64,000 bases of DNA from Octopus sinensis (Eukaryota), in contig NC_043003.1 in NCBI RefSeq assembly GCF_006345805.1, positions 42,718,001 through 42,782,000 on the forward strand. Direction: 5' to 3'. Positions 11,850-24,452 of this stretch are shown one piece after another. A model generated the notes under the pieces. The model was not told where the DNA came from. It saw only the letters and a list, made by a program, of their open reading frames with translations, and did not search any database. The position numbers and the translations under genes were made by a program. Numbering within the stretch: position 1 is the first letter of the stretch; every line of letters begins with the position of its first letter.

Positions 11850-12760
11850 ACAAAAGATGGTCGATTGTTCTCCCATGGCAGTTTGATTTGACTTATAAAT
11901 TAAATGATTAGTCTCAGGCAGGAATGAATTAGAGAGTGTAGGAGGGAACAGTGAGGGATTCCTTGGAATATCCCATTTTTAGTGGTTATAGGCTTAGTTT
12001 ATTTTTAATATCTCCCTTTTTGTCGGTATCTCCTGAATTCCTACCATTTACTTATGACGTATTTTGTGTATCTGCGTACTGTTTTTAGTTCCCTTACACA
12101 TGAAAAATGTTTATAAGACCCAGGTGGTGAGAAAAACTGTCAAAATCTTAGTGGTAACGCATCCTTGTCATGAACAAACATTACTTTATCCTTGCCGTTT
12201 CAATTATTAGTTTCTTACACAGTAATTGATATTTTCACCCACATGTTTCTTCTGGGTTTAACGATATTATATTCTCGTTACTAGGCTTCTACTCCAGTAC
12301 TATAAATGAATTCTCCCGCTTCATTCTCTAAACGTCATACCGATGTCTTTGATAAATATTCTTACCATTGGGACTAAAAATTAACGTAGGTTCTTGCTTT
12401 TAGCATTGGGCATTAAATAATCCATAAATAAATGATTAGCTTTTCTTTTCATATTTTCCCAGTGAGTATCATTCCTTAGCATTTTTTAGACAAATGGATC
12501 AGTGAAAATACGTACCAGATAGGGAAAATATTGTTCCCTTCAAAGATTCCTTTTCTAATCTAGACCTCTCTTAATATTTTCCCTACTCGTGTTTAATCTA
12601 CTATCCAGGCACTTAATCACTCCGCGATCTTGAAGTGTCCCATATTTCGCTGGATCCACAAATCTGTGACTAGGTTGTGTGCTTTTCGATAATCGATATA
12701 CTCAATGCATGGATGTGTCGACTATTTTCCCTAATTTCTAAAGATCGCTTTGTCGAACGT
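11850..12760 (-). mobile_element. Heavily decayed non-LTR RT fragment (R4/Dong-like motifs)
   Basis: Hand translation gives, in order, EYIDYRKAHNLVTDLWI (~12703-12653), GIFEGNNIFPIWYVFSLIHLSK (~12550-12485), HLFMDYLMPNAK (~12434-12399), resembling WIDYxKAxDxV, GIFQGDSLSP, HLLFMDDLK. Confidence 0.65.
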
Positions 12761-12830
12761 TAATTCTTCTTTCCTTATCGCTGTCGTCGTCGTCATCGTC
12801 ATAATCATCATCATCATTTCTATTATGATT

Positions 12831-13139
12831 GCGCAAGGTGTAGTGGATAGGGTGTTGCGTTTACGATCAAGAGATCATGGTTTTATTTCCTAGACCGGGT
12901 GGTGCAATGTGTTCTTGAGGAAAATACTTCGTCTCACGTTGCTCTGCTTTCACTTCGACACCTGACATGTGGCACACCGTGCACCTGCAGAGTGAATGTC
13001 GATTTGAAGGAGGGAGGGAGCTAATCTGCGGTACGAACATTTGATGACTATAAACAAATCATTTATACAGTTCAGTCGGTAAAAGCTGAACATTCATACG
13101 TCATCATCGACGGGAGAGTCCATTATTATTATTATTATT
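12831..13139 (+). mobile_element. tRNA-derived SINE family D with (TTA)n tail
   Basis: Head gcgcaaggtgtagtggatagggtgttgcg...tttcctagaccgg; tail gagagtccattattatt. Confidence 0.65.
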
Positions 13140-13289
13140 GACCTTAGCGCTCAAATGGTACTATTTTGGTAGATATTAAGGATGAAAAGTACAGTCAATA
13201 TCGGCAGAACTTCAGCTCGAAACATAAAGAGCAGAATAAATGTTGTTCATAATTTTGTCCAATGCAGTAATGACCCTGTTCTTCTTCAT

Positions 13290-13445
13290 ATTCTGAGTTC
13301 AAATTCCGCGTAGGATGACTTTACCGTTCATCCTTTCAAGGTCGATAAATTATAAGTAACAGCTGAGTACTGGGGCTCGATGTATCCGACTATCCCCCTC
13401 CCCCAAATTTTAGACCGTGTGCTTTTAGTGGAAAAAATAATTATT
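13290..13445 (+). mobile_element. SINE family A, 5'-truncated
   Basis: ttctgagttcaaattccgc...gtcgataaatt...cccaaattttagaccgtgtgc. Confidence 0.75.
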
Positions 13446-13772
13446 GTTGCTGTTGTTATTAGTTTCACGGCATTATATTTGACTTCAAATTTTCTGTCAC
13501 AGTTGGGTAAGACATTAACTGGAATATCTTTTATTTTCTCTAAGTCATCTATCAGAAAATAGATTGTATGTGACATACCTTATAAGTTCCCTTGAATAAC
13601 TCACTAAATGCCGAAGTAGTATATTTCAACACAATCAGTAGAATAAAATATTTTAAGGTTAGTGACTGTTTCGAGTAAAACTTTAGTTCCGTGGTGAATT
13701 AAGTCAGTTCAACTATTTAATATTTATCAAGTACAGTTGAAAACGTAGTATGTAAAAGAAGGATATACATAA

Positions 13773-13935
13773 AGGCAGGGCGCATGGCTTAGTAAGTAGG
13801 GTATTCGGCTTAAAATCATTAGTTCGATTCCTGACGCTGCATTGCTTCCTTGATTCAGGCACTTTATTTCATGTCCACCCAGCTCGCAAAAATGTGTATT
13901 ATCTATAATTCAAAGGACAACCTTGTCAGATAACT
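13773..13935 (+). mobile_element. Diverged tRNA-derived SINE (D-like)
   Basis: ggcgcatggcttagt...agttcgattcct A/B-box-like head. Confidence 0.5.
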
Positions 13936-14099
13936 TTCACGAGCAGGATTTTCCGTTTACTGGATCAATAAAACTCATAATCGTAATCGATATTTGTATG
14001 TATGTGGGCATGTATCTATGCATGCATGCATGCCATAACTCAAAGTGACTAGTAGCATGAATTTTGCCGAGTTTAACTGACGTTTTCATACCCTCCAAT

Positions 14100-14925
14100 A
14101 CTTCCCTACTCGTCAATCCATCCTCAAACCCAGTGTACTAACTCTTCTCTGTCTTACAGAAATCGTATCCACTTTGAACTGCGCCACATTTGTTCGAGAG
14201 GTACATCTCTTTGTATCTGGAGTCACTATGGGAACGAGAAAGCGTCTTAACTTATTCATCACCCCCATCGAGACCAATATTTTTTCGCAGTTCAATGAAC
14301 AACCCCAGAGCTATGCGATCACTACACCAATGGCTGTACCAGCTCGAACTCTGTAACCTGCGAACAACTGAATAACTTAATCTCATTCTTAAAGCCATTC
14401 CATCCTACTTTTCAATTCAGGTCCGTCATTTCTGAAACCTTCATTAACTTCTTAGGTATCTATATCTTCAATAACCGACTCGACTACACTCTCTTCACTG
14501 CCGTCTTCTTTAAATCCACTGTCACCCAGTTCTTTCTAGATATTTTTTCTTTCTCACACGCCTCTCACAGCAACTCTTATTCCCTTACGCCATCTGAACA
14601 GCGGCGGCAATGATTTTCAGACATTACTTGACCATTCTTTTCATTCGATGGAGATGCCAAGACACCCAAACTCGGGCCTGCCAAAATTGACCGCCTTCCA
14701 CTCTATCCTTTCGTAACGATTCCTCACCAAACAACATCCGTTTACCCTCCGTTTCCACCTCTCTAATTCGCCCCTCAGCTGTAAGAACCTACGTACTCTT
14801 TAACCCCTTTAGGTCGCTGCTGTCAACGTCCAAACTTTATCCAGCCCGCCAATCCCCTCTTCCAAATTGCCCGTATCTACGCGACGTACTGCTCTGTATT
14901 TCCTTTCCTACCTCACAAAATAATA
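14100..14925 (-). mobile_element. Probable decayed LINE 3' region (L1/Tx1-like)
   Basis: Purine-rich, coding-like minus strand with a HCRRCSDGVRE remnant reminiscent of the knuckle at 47425+; many stops. Confidence 0.35.
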
Positions 14926-14934
14926 GATTCAAAC

Positions 14935-15121
14935 TTTGGCAGAGAACAAGCAATTTTAGAGGAGGATGATACTCAATCACATCGACCTCAGCGCTCAAAT
15001 GGTACTATTTTGGTAGATATAAAGGGTGAAAAGTAGAGACAATATCGGCAGAACTTCAGCTCAAAACATAAAGAGCAGAGGAAATGTTGTTCATAATTTT
15101 GTCCAATGCAGTAATGACCCT
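14935..15121 (-). mobile_element. Old SINE family A copy; its 3' 140 bp are duplicated at 13140-13277
   Basis: gacct.agcgctcaaatggtactattttggtagatat...ccaatgcagtaatgaccct at both sites. Confidence 0.7.
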
Positions 15122-15166
15122 ATTATCAAGCCACCTTAGTGACTAAAAGAAATATGTAAATAATAA

Positions 15167-15566
15167 CCTTTTCTACTTTAGGCACAAGGCCTAAAATGTT
15201 TGGGGAGGAGGCAATCGATCAGATCGATCCCAGTACGCAACTGGTACTTAATTTATCGACCCCCGAAAGGATGAAAGGCAGAGTCGACCTCGGCGGAACT
15301 TGAACTCAGAACCTACAGACAGACGAAATACCTATTTCTTTACTACCCACAAGGGGTTAAACACAAAGAGGACAAACAAGGACAGACAAACGGATTAAGT
15401 CGATTATATCGACCCCAGTGCGTAACTGGTACTTATTTAATCGACCCCGAAATGATGAAAGGCAAAGTCGACCTCGGCGGAACTTGAACTCAGAACGTAG
15501 CGGCAGACGAAATACTGCTACGCATTTCACCCGGCGTGCTAATGTTTCTGCCAGTTCGCCGCCTTG
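15167..15566 (-). mobile_element. SINE family A, dimeric, 15-bp TSD
   Basis: atatgtaaataataa at 15152-15166 and 15567-15581; two body copies. Confidence 0.92.
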
Positions 15567-16083
15567 ATATGTAAATAATAATACAGGGAAAGTTTTATAA
15601 GAGAAAATGCGACTCGACATCTAAAAATATCTGATAACACCGATTAAAACGTGATAAGTCAAACTGGAAAGCCAAAAATGTTGAATGACAACTACGTAAT
15701 AATTTTACAAAGTATTGATTGCTATCTCTTACAATGATTATGTCACAAATGTCTCCACTGTTCGATGACCAGACAACGCATGATAAACAATGTATCACAG
15801 TACAGTTCATATCACCACCGGACGAATTCAGTCGAAAAATGAATTCATCGAAATTACAAAATTCCTGAAATTTTAGATCCTTATTAAATCTGTCGATATG
15901 AAAAATGGCAAAGGTTGTTTCAACTAAGCAGTTTAACTTCAACACCAAAATAGATTTTCAATAGAATTAGGTAAAAGTAAAATAGAACAACATGAAGCAG
16001 AACAGCAGCAAAATCGGGAACATTTGAAGAAGGAGTATACGGACAATAGTGGAAAAAACCACGACAGGAATGTTCATAAAAAT

Positions 16084-16386
16084 AGGGCGGCGAGCTGGCA
16101 GAAACGTTAGCACGCCGGGCGATATAATCGACTTAATCCGTTTGTCTGTCCTTGTTTGTCCCCTCTATGTTTAGCCCCTTGTGGGTAATAAAGAAATAGG
16201 TATTTCGTCTGCTACTACGTTCTGAGTTCAAATTCCGCGAGGTCGACTTTGCCTTTCATCCTATCGGGGTCGATTAAATAAGTACCAGTTACGTACTGGG
16301 GTTGATATAATCGACTAGTCCGTGTGTCTGTCCTTGTTTGTCCTCTCTGTGTTTAGCCACTTGTGGGTAGTAAAGAAATAGGTATA
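16084..16386 (+). mobile_element. SINE family A, dimeric, first monomer internally deleted, 11-bp TSD
   Basis: ttcataaaaat at 16073-16083 and 16387-16397. Confidence 0.9.
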
Positions 16387-17438
16387 TTCATAAAAATGAA
16401 CAACAGCTCTGAATAATAAATAACCCAGACATAACAAATAACATAAAATTAAATGGCAAGACATGGGGTGGAACCAAACTTAAGGTGAACTATCTAAGGG
16501 GAACACAAAAAATATTTGCTGAGATGCTGACTTAGACATTGAAAGCACCTAACCTGTTTATTGAAGAGAAAGCGTCTTCTCGAGACTTTAACGATCATAA
16601 AAATGGTTGACACGTAAAACACCTTTTTACAACTTAGTTATGACATAATCGCTAAAAATAAATAGGGATAAAGAATTTTATATGTTTGATGAAATCGAGG
16701 TTTATAAGAATTAATAATATGAGATTTCAACGATTATAATATAAAATTTTACGTTAATATATGTAAAGTTTAACGGTTGGCAGTGCAGAAATATAATAAT
16801 GATTGATGTGATAGTTACGTAAGCGAAAGAAAAAAGGTGGAGAGCAAGAAATGTTAAGGTGGAGAGAAGACTACGAAAGGGAAGAAAGAAATAGAAAAAA
16901 ATTAAAGAAATAATAAAGAGAATGGAAATGAGAAGAAAGAAAAAAATATGAGAAGTTCAGTTGAAAGAGAATAGGAAAGACTTAGGATTAGATCTTATAG
17001 TTAAACGTTTGGTGACTAAAGCTAACTTGAAATTCTAGATGGTGAAAAATAAAAGACATAAAAAATAAGAAAAGTAGATTATAAAAGAAAGCGTGAAGCA
17101 TATAAACATGGAAGTATCGGATAGTAAAGAAAGCGAAAAACAAAAATAGAGAAACCAATTTTTTTTCTGACAATTTTTTCTTTCCTTTTTGGCTTATCTT
17201 TGTATATTTATAAGCGTTACACTTTCATTTGTTCCTGCTTCTTCATTATTATACTTTATGCAGTTTACCGTCAAGTAATATAGGTTGCTTTAAGTCGGCA
17301 TACTCTATTTCTACCCTCCTGTCTTCTCTTCAATTTTCTCATCTTATTTCTGTTGGCGTTAAAATTTCACCTGTTTCTTTTTTGTGCCACTTTCTTTACT
17401 CAACCTCCCTATCTACAGTCATGTCTATTTAAGCATAT

Positions 17439-17489
<51 letters not shown>

Positions 17490-17574
17490 AATATAAATAA
17501 ATAAATATATATATATTAATAATTATTTACCCTATATCTGTAATGATATATATATATTTTTTTTTTATTTTAAT

Positions 17575-17650
17575 AGCTGCAAATCCTCACAGAAATATCA
17601 CAAAAAACTTTTAGTCAGAGTTTCACGTTCCCGTTCATGAACGTGAAAGA
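17575..17650 (-). mobile_element. Short repeat family P3 fragment with fold-back junction
   Basis: cagagtttcacgttcccgttc matches 49822-49976; ends in the palindrome cacgttcatgaacgtg. Confidence 0.5.
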
Positions 17651-17690
17651 ATGATCACAAGAATATATATATATATATGTATATATATAT

Positions 17691-17741
<51 letters not shown>

Positions 17742-17892
17742 TGTATGTATAATTTATACATACACACGCTTGCGCTCGCGCGTACGCACACACAGACATA
17801 CAGATATATATATATATATATTATTATTATTTAACGTTGCCAGAAACTGGCAACTGAAAAGTGTCTGTGCCAAGTTTAATTGTTTGATTTAG

Positions 17893-18000
17893 TATGGTTT
17901 CTACGGCTGGATGCCCTTCCTTACGCCAACCACATTACAGAGTATACTGGGTGCTCTTTTCGTGGCACCAGCACCGGTAAAGTCAGCTAGTAACTTGCAA
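17893..18000 (-). mobile_element. RTE-type retroposon-derived fragment
   Basis: Minus strand ggttggcgtaaggaagggcatccagccgtagaaacc, recalled as an RTE-associated motif. Confidence 0.45.
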
Positions 18001-18301
18001 AGCAAAAAAACCCCTAGACTGGGGTGGGATGCTGTTGAATTAAGGAGGGTAACTTTGTAGCAGTTGATGAGAAGGTGAAACGTATAAAAGAGGAAAAGAG
18101 GTAGGTGTGTTGCTGTGGAGAAGATACACTGATATTGCAGTTGGAAAAGAAAGGAGATAAAGGTAGGTAGAGAGTGTGAGAGAGGGTGGTGCAGATGTGT
18201 TGGGACATAACCTCAAATTATAGTAGAGTGTGAATATAAGCGAAGTGATAAAGAAGATCGGACTCTGTCGGTTGGCATATAACACATACATACATACATA
18301 C

Positions 18302-18333
<32 letters not shown>

Positions 18334-18356
18334 ATTTCAACATATAAAGCCGTATG

Positions 18357-18575
18357 AAGGCAGTAAGCTGGCTGAATCGTTACCGCACTGGGTAAAATGC
18401 TTCGCGACATATCATCCGTCTTTATATTCTGGGTTCAAATTCCACCGAAGTCAACTCTGCCTGGCATCCTTGCTTGGTCGATAAAATACATACTAGTTGA
18501 TACTTTGAGTCAATGTAATCGACTTTACCGCCCAATTTTCTGGTCTTGTGCCAAAATTTGAAACCAATGTATTTC
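18357..18575 (+). mobile_element. SINE family A, diverged
   Basis: aaggcagtaagctggctgaatcgtta...gggttcaaattccaccgaagtcaac. Confidence 0.75.
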
Positions 18576-18716
18576 GTATTAAATACAACAACAAAAATAG
18601 GTGTTTTGGAGTATTTAAATTATCAATGCTTCCGGGCACGAATTGTCCAAAATGATATTAAAGAAAAAATTATTATATATCTGGTGAGACAGAGACAGCT
18701 ACTTGACGCATATATA

Positions 18717-18761
<45 letters not shown>

Positions 18762-21700
18762 GTAAAACAGAAATATTTTAATTGCAGGCTTAAGCTTAGG
18801 TACTATTTTGACTTCTGCTGCTGGTTTTTATACTCATCCAAGTAAGTTTTGACAGGGGAGACCTACAATGAATTCCATTTCATTTATGTAGCATGTGATT
18901 TGCAGAGAATTTGGCTGCTATTCTTGCTGGTTTAAAGATCATGTAAATATTTCTGTTGGTTCATGATATTTATAATTTAAAATAATTGAAAACCTTCATT
19001 TGCCATCACTCCTATTAGCTTAAATATATAAGGGAATGAGCAGTTATGTTGTTAAAGAAATATCTATGAATAGCTAAATAAAATTAAGTTTTCCATGAAG
19101 CATCTGTTGTATGAAACATTTAAATATTATACATATATCAATTTACTTCATTTTATTTCTTACTTATCTTGAAATTAGGAGGTCGGTGAAAAGACTGAGA
19201 AAAAGCGTGGTTGCCTTTACTGTTATTCCTTTTGTGGTGGTTGTATTTGTTGCCGTTTTATTTGTAGGGCCTCATTTCAACAATGACAGAAGACATGATC
19301 AAACCGTCAGATGTTGTGACACCTTCAGCGGCAATTTGGTGTGTTCAGCTACCAGCTCAGGCTCCGCTCCTCGTCAAGTTGAGAAAAGCAAACTGTCAAA
19401 GTGTCGGTCGCTTCCCTGACAGGTTTATTAATCGAGCCTCTAACATTGGGGGGACTTTCAGCATTCTCGGTCCCCAGATCACATCCCTGCTCACTGCTAT
19501 CGGGTCAGAGATGGTGAGCCCCGTGAGTCACAGTGGCTATTCCAAGGCGTCTTCTTCGCCATCCTCCGGAGCAACAACTTTTCCATTTTGTCTACTAGGC
19601 CCATGAGCCAGAACGAATTAGGGATAGACTGAGAGACAAAACGAAGAGAGATGCTAGCCAAGGATTAACAAAAAAGTGATCACACACCCATACGGTCAGA
19701 GAAGGTCAAAATATGTTTATTGCCTCGACAATCAATGAGGACTATGCAAGACCTTGAAGAGAACCGACACACCTTGTTCTGTTTCAACTATCACCGTTGT
19801 CTTTATTATATCTGTCTCTCTACAAACTCTCGGATCCTTTCAGTTTGGTTGCCAATATTGGAAAAGTCACAGTTTATAGAAAATTTTAAAATTAGTTACA
19901 CTAATGTAGTTTTCCAAGCTGAATCTCAGGAGATATTTCACTTTTTCTAGAAAAATTTTCTTTAAAAGTTATGGAGGTTTAAGAGTTGATAATGTTCACC
20001 CAGTCAGAATACAGGATTTGGTAGCTGTCATTTTATGCGTGACGTATTTTACTATGAAACAGTAAATAAACCGGCTTCAGCTTTATGAACGATTCATAAC
20101 CCCTCATAAATCATTTTAAGGTTCTAGAATTTTCAGAAAATTTTTGCGAATTTGTATTTCTGCATTCAGGGATTCATACGATTATGCAAAAATCAAAAGA
20201 AATGATTTAGGGGTGGCATGATTTAAGGCCTATTTTGCTGTTATTTTTAGGATATCTCTCAACCAATAGAGCACAGCGTCGACGCACATTCTTTCGCATA
20301 GAAGATATTTGTCAACACGTACTATCCACAGACAAAAGAGTTCTCATGCTTGGCTTGTTACTATGGAAACAGGCATGAATGTGTCTGTGTCTTACGATTG
20401 GTTAAAAATTACCCAAAAATGTTCAAACTTTAAAACCTAATAATACTTTGTTTATTGATTTATTGCGAAAACGAATTTCAAAGCAGTGATTAGCATATAA
20501 AACCATATCATTACACCGAATATGAAATCAATTCAACCAGGAATTGAATAGATTAAAAATTGTCAGCCAAACTGCACAGATCCCAATTCTCCATTATTCA
20601 CCTTAGTGGAATAATGTAGTGTCTTTGATAAGACTTTAGTGTAAGATCTGAGGGAAATTTGATTGCTCTTTCGAGCAGCTCGGGTTACATTGCAATACAG
20701 ACTCTCTCGTTGACTCGACAACTGATAATGTTTAACTCATGTCTAACATAATCGAGTAGATATATTTGCTCAGAATAATCTCAATTCCATCTTTATAAGT
20801 TTACCTTGGACTATACCATCTAATGTATACATCCTGCAAATAATGTGTGACTGGAAAAAGATTTTGCTGGCTGCTTCTTCTAGTAGGTCGAAGGCTTACG
20901 GTGAGATTCTTCTGCTGTCTTCGTCATCATGGAAGTGTTTATTAATGGCGGCTAATTGTTAAGGTGACTGAAGAGTCTCATATTAATCGTTTTAGCGAGA
21001 TCTGTTTTACATCATATTAATATTCTCTTAATCTGAAGACATACTCAATTAATATTTATGCGATTAAGGTATTTAGTTTTCATCAATTTTTTTCTTTTGT
21101 TTTGTTGATTTTCAAACAGATGCCGAGATAATCCTTGCAAGCTTGTATTATGGCCGAGCAGGCATTAATGACAAACAAACACACAGCGTTTACACACACA
21201 CACTGACGAATGTACACATATACATACGTATCCATATATATATATATGCGTGTGTGTCTGTTTGTGCATGTGTTAATGTTCACTTAGTCATACAATAAAA
21301 TAAACAATTTTCTACGGCTAATTCTTGGTAAGTATTGCTATTAATTCATTTGTACTGAGTGACCGCAGTTTCACTAAATCTTGTATGCAGTCCGAGAAGT
21401 TTGAACTATAGGCTGCTTGGATTTTCGCACACCCTTTCTCACACACTTACACAAACACAATAATAGTTAACACATAAATGTTTCTCAAGCTATATTTCTA
21501 AAAGTATATAATTTCATTAGAATTTGAATTTTCTTAAATTGTTTCACACACATTCTCTCTGTCACTTATTCTTAACGATCGGTGTAGAAAATAACTTGGA
21601 AATATATGAACAAAAATATTTATAAACACATTGAAATATGATTAGCAATGAAGATATGATTAGTAGTTTACGAATATTTTTTACTTAAATGTTTCGCACT

Positions 21701-22237
21701 CCTTCATTAAATCAATCGTTTGAATAAATGCTAACGTGAAACTGAGTGTAACGATTCAAACAATTTCAACTTTTGATAAAGTATAAGCACTCTACCTTGT
21801 GTGTCGTATACTTATTTGTTCCTTTGAAATCACAAACATTCTGTAGTTAATAAATTTATGCTAATGAAGTATTACAGCCTCAGGATATTTAATTCTACAT
21901 ACACTTGACGGGTGGTATGTAAGACTACTTTGCTTTTTTAAAAAATTTCAATAGGAACAAACATTTGAGATTACGGAAAAGGAGCGTTTAAGCTATGGAA
22001 GCAAAGTACAGACAATGCTCAAAATTTGAGAGGGGTCTTGTATTATGATAAAACTAAAATTAATATGACATTCAATATTTGAGGCCCTGTAGTAATGTTC
22101 GAAAACAAAAGTAAAATAATTTTGTTTTTAATACAGCATGCCGTGTATTTGTGTGTGATATAATCATACGCACATGCACAAACACATGCACACAACACGC
22201 ACGCTCGCAATCACATACGCACATAGATACTTGAGCG

Positions 22238-22275
<38 letters not shown>

Positions 22276-23004
22276 GTTGCGCGCGAGCACGTGTGTAAGT
22301 ATTTATATATATATATATATATACGTACTTATGTATCCGCAGAGAGAAATTATGGATATAACATGCGAAGAATCACCATTACGGCCTAAATGGTTTCAAT
22401 TCAGATTCGATGTTGTCACGACAACAATGTACAACACATGAAATAATTTTTTATATTTATACATTTACTTTACTCGTTTTTAAACAGCTTCACTTCAAAA
22501 GTAGATGAATTAGTAGAAACGTTAGATCATTACACAAAAATAGACATGGAGAATTTTGGTATCGCTTCTTATGTTTTCAGCTGGATTCCTGCCGAGACCA
22601 ACATTCTCTTTCATCATTCTTAGTAAGTCGATATAATTAAAACCATTCAAGCGACGGAGTCGATTTGAGTGTCTATTCTCATCCACCAAAATTTTTGGCT
22701 TAGCGCCAATTGAAAAATGAAAAAATAACTATTGACAATATGGATTTCGATCACTACACGAGCAGACAGAGATTACAGTTACTGAATATGTTGGTCCCAT
22801 TCGGCTTTTAAGCTGTTTTCTTTCCTTGGATAAGCTATTTAAACTTACTGATAAGCATTTATGTTCACGAGTAGTCTATTAGCTGGAAGTGGATTTGCCA
22901 ATAACTATAAGGGACAAATTAACACAAAAGACCAATATCGAGATACTTCCTTGTTTTTTTTTGTTCTTATATATTCTCTTAGTTATAATACCAAAACTAT
23001 ATTG

Positions 23005-23192
23005 ATTTCATATTTTGGAACAAAAGTCCATTACATCGGCCCCAGTGCTCTACAGGTACTTATCTTATCGACCCCTAAAGAGACGAAAGGCAAAGTCAAC
23101 CTCGGCGGAATTTGAACTCAAAACGTAATGACAAACGAAATGTCGCTAAGTATTTTGCCCGGTGTGCTAACGATTCTGAAAGCACGCCAGCT
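23005..23192 (-). mobile_element. SINE family A, diverged
   Basis: aaggcaaagtcaacctcggcggaatttgaactca...gtgctaacgattctg. Confidence 0.8.
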
Positions 23193-24452
23193 TATAATAA
23201 CCAAGATATATTAAAATATTTTAAGCATATGTATATACATAGGTAAATAAGTTTACACACACAAACACAGAGTAAAAGCTTCTTCCAGAATTATTGCCCC
23301 TTCTCTATAATTATTGCTCCGTCCCCAGAATTATTGTTTTTACGAGGTCAATACAAGGCAATGGAATTAATAAAGCTATTCAGTATAGATATGATTTTTA
23401 AGTAATTTCTTTCACATATTTTCTATGTAGCCGATGTTTCTGCGTAAAATACCTTGTCGTAAGAGAAGAATTATTGAACTTTAGGTATATATCAGACTTC
23501 TCTCTGCTGATTAAGAGTGCTTCGGCATAATGCTTGTTTCGTTGTACATTCATCTGCATAAGTAAAAAATCCTTAATACGATTTCATTGCAAATATGAGG
23601 TTAGTTGTGGGAAACATTCCTTTTTTTTTTAAAAGCTATGAACAGAACCTCATTGTTGTCGGATTCTCATTCTAAATGTCCGGATGTAAAATGGAAGCAG
23701 TAAATTTTGTCGAGCTTATTGTTTTTCTTTTCTTCCATACTTCTCTCATTTTATTTATTTAATAAAATATTTCTTTCATGGTTCTCCTTCTGGCTAAATA
23801 CTTGCTTGTACGTACTTAAAACAGCTGGAGCATTTTCTAGAAATCCTGTTTATACAAGTTAAATTAATTAGTAAAGCCATACAAGTTCAGTTATGTGTTA
23901 AAGAATTTATTTCACTCACATTCCATAATAAATTGTCTATATAGCTGATATTTTGACACAAATCACCGTATACGTAAGTATAATTGTTAGTCTGCAGATA
24001 TTATTTGGACTTCGCTTGTTGCTTTATCATATTTGAATAATTAGATTCAGCTACACTTAACTTCTTTGATAAACATAGCACTGCTTAGTTATTTGTCCTA
24101 CGATAACATTTCAGACATTACTGTTCGCCAGCGTTAGTTATAAAAGTGAGATCAATGTCGTCTTGAAATAAACGTTCAAATTTGTCAGGAAAAGTAATAT
24201 TTATCCCCACGTAGACGTAGATGTTCTGTTAGAACAAACTATACAGAGGTAGATGTCACGAGAAAGACGCTCATATTGGCATTTAGGTGCAAATTGCACT
24301 CTTGTTTACATCGATAGCGAGGAGATAAATTCCCGCCACCTCCAGCGTCCGAACTACCAGGTCACGTGGTTTCGACCTTGTTTGGCCTTGTTAATGATGG
24401 ACATTTGACCGCTAGAGGCAGTAGTGATCTATCTCCCCGCCAGTGATATATA

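Noticed and set aside
15595-15948. 117-aa minus-strand ORF
   Set aside because: No motif; probably antisense to decayed TE sequence
19608-19628. SIPNSFW resembles the Kv-channel SIPxxFWW motif
   Set aside because: The following residues lack WAxxTMTTVGYGD and a stop follows; treated as coincidence
24407-24424. CTCF-like ccgctagaggcag (and agagggcgct near 26185)
   Set aside because: Spacing differs from the core consensus; too common to call without ChIP data
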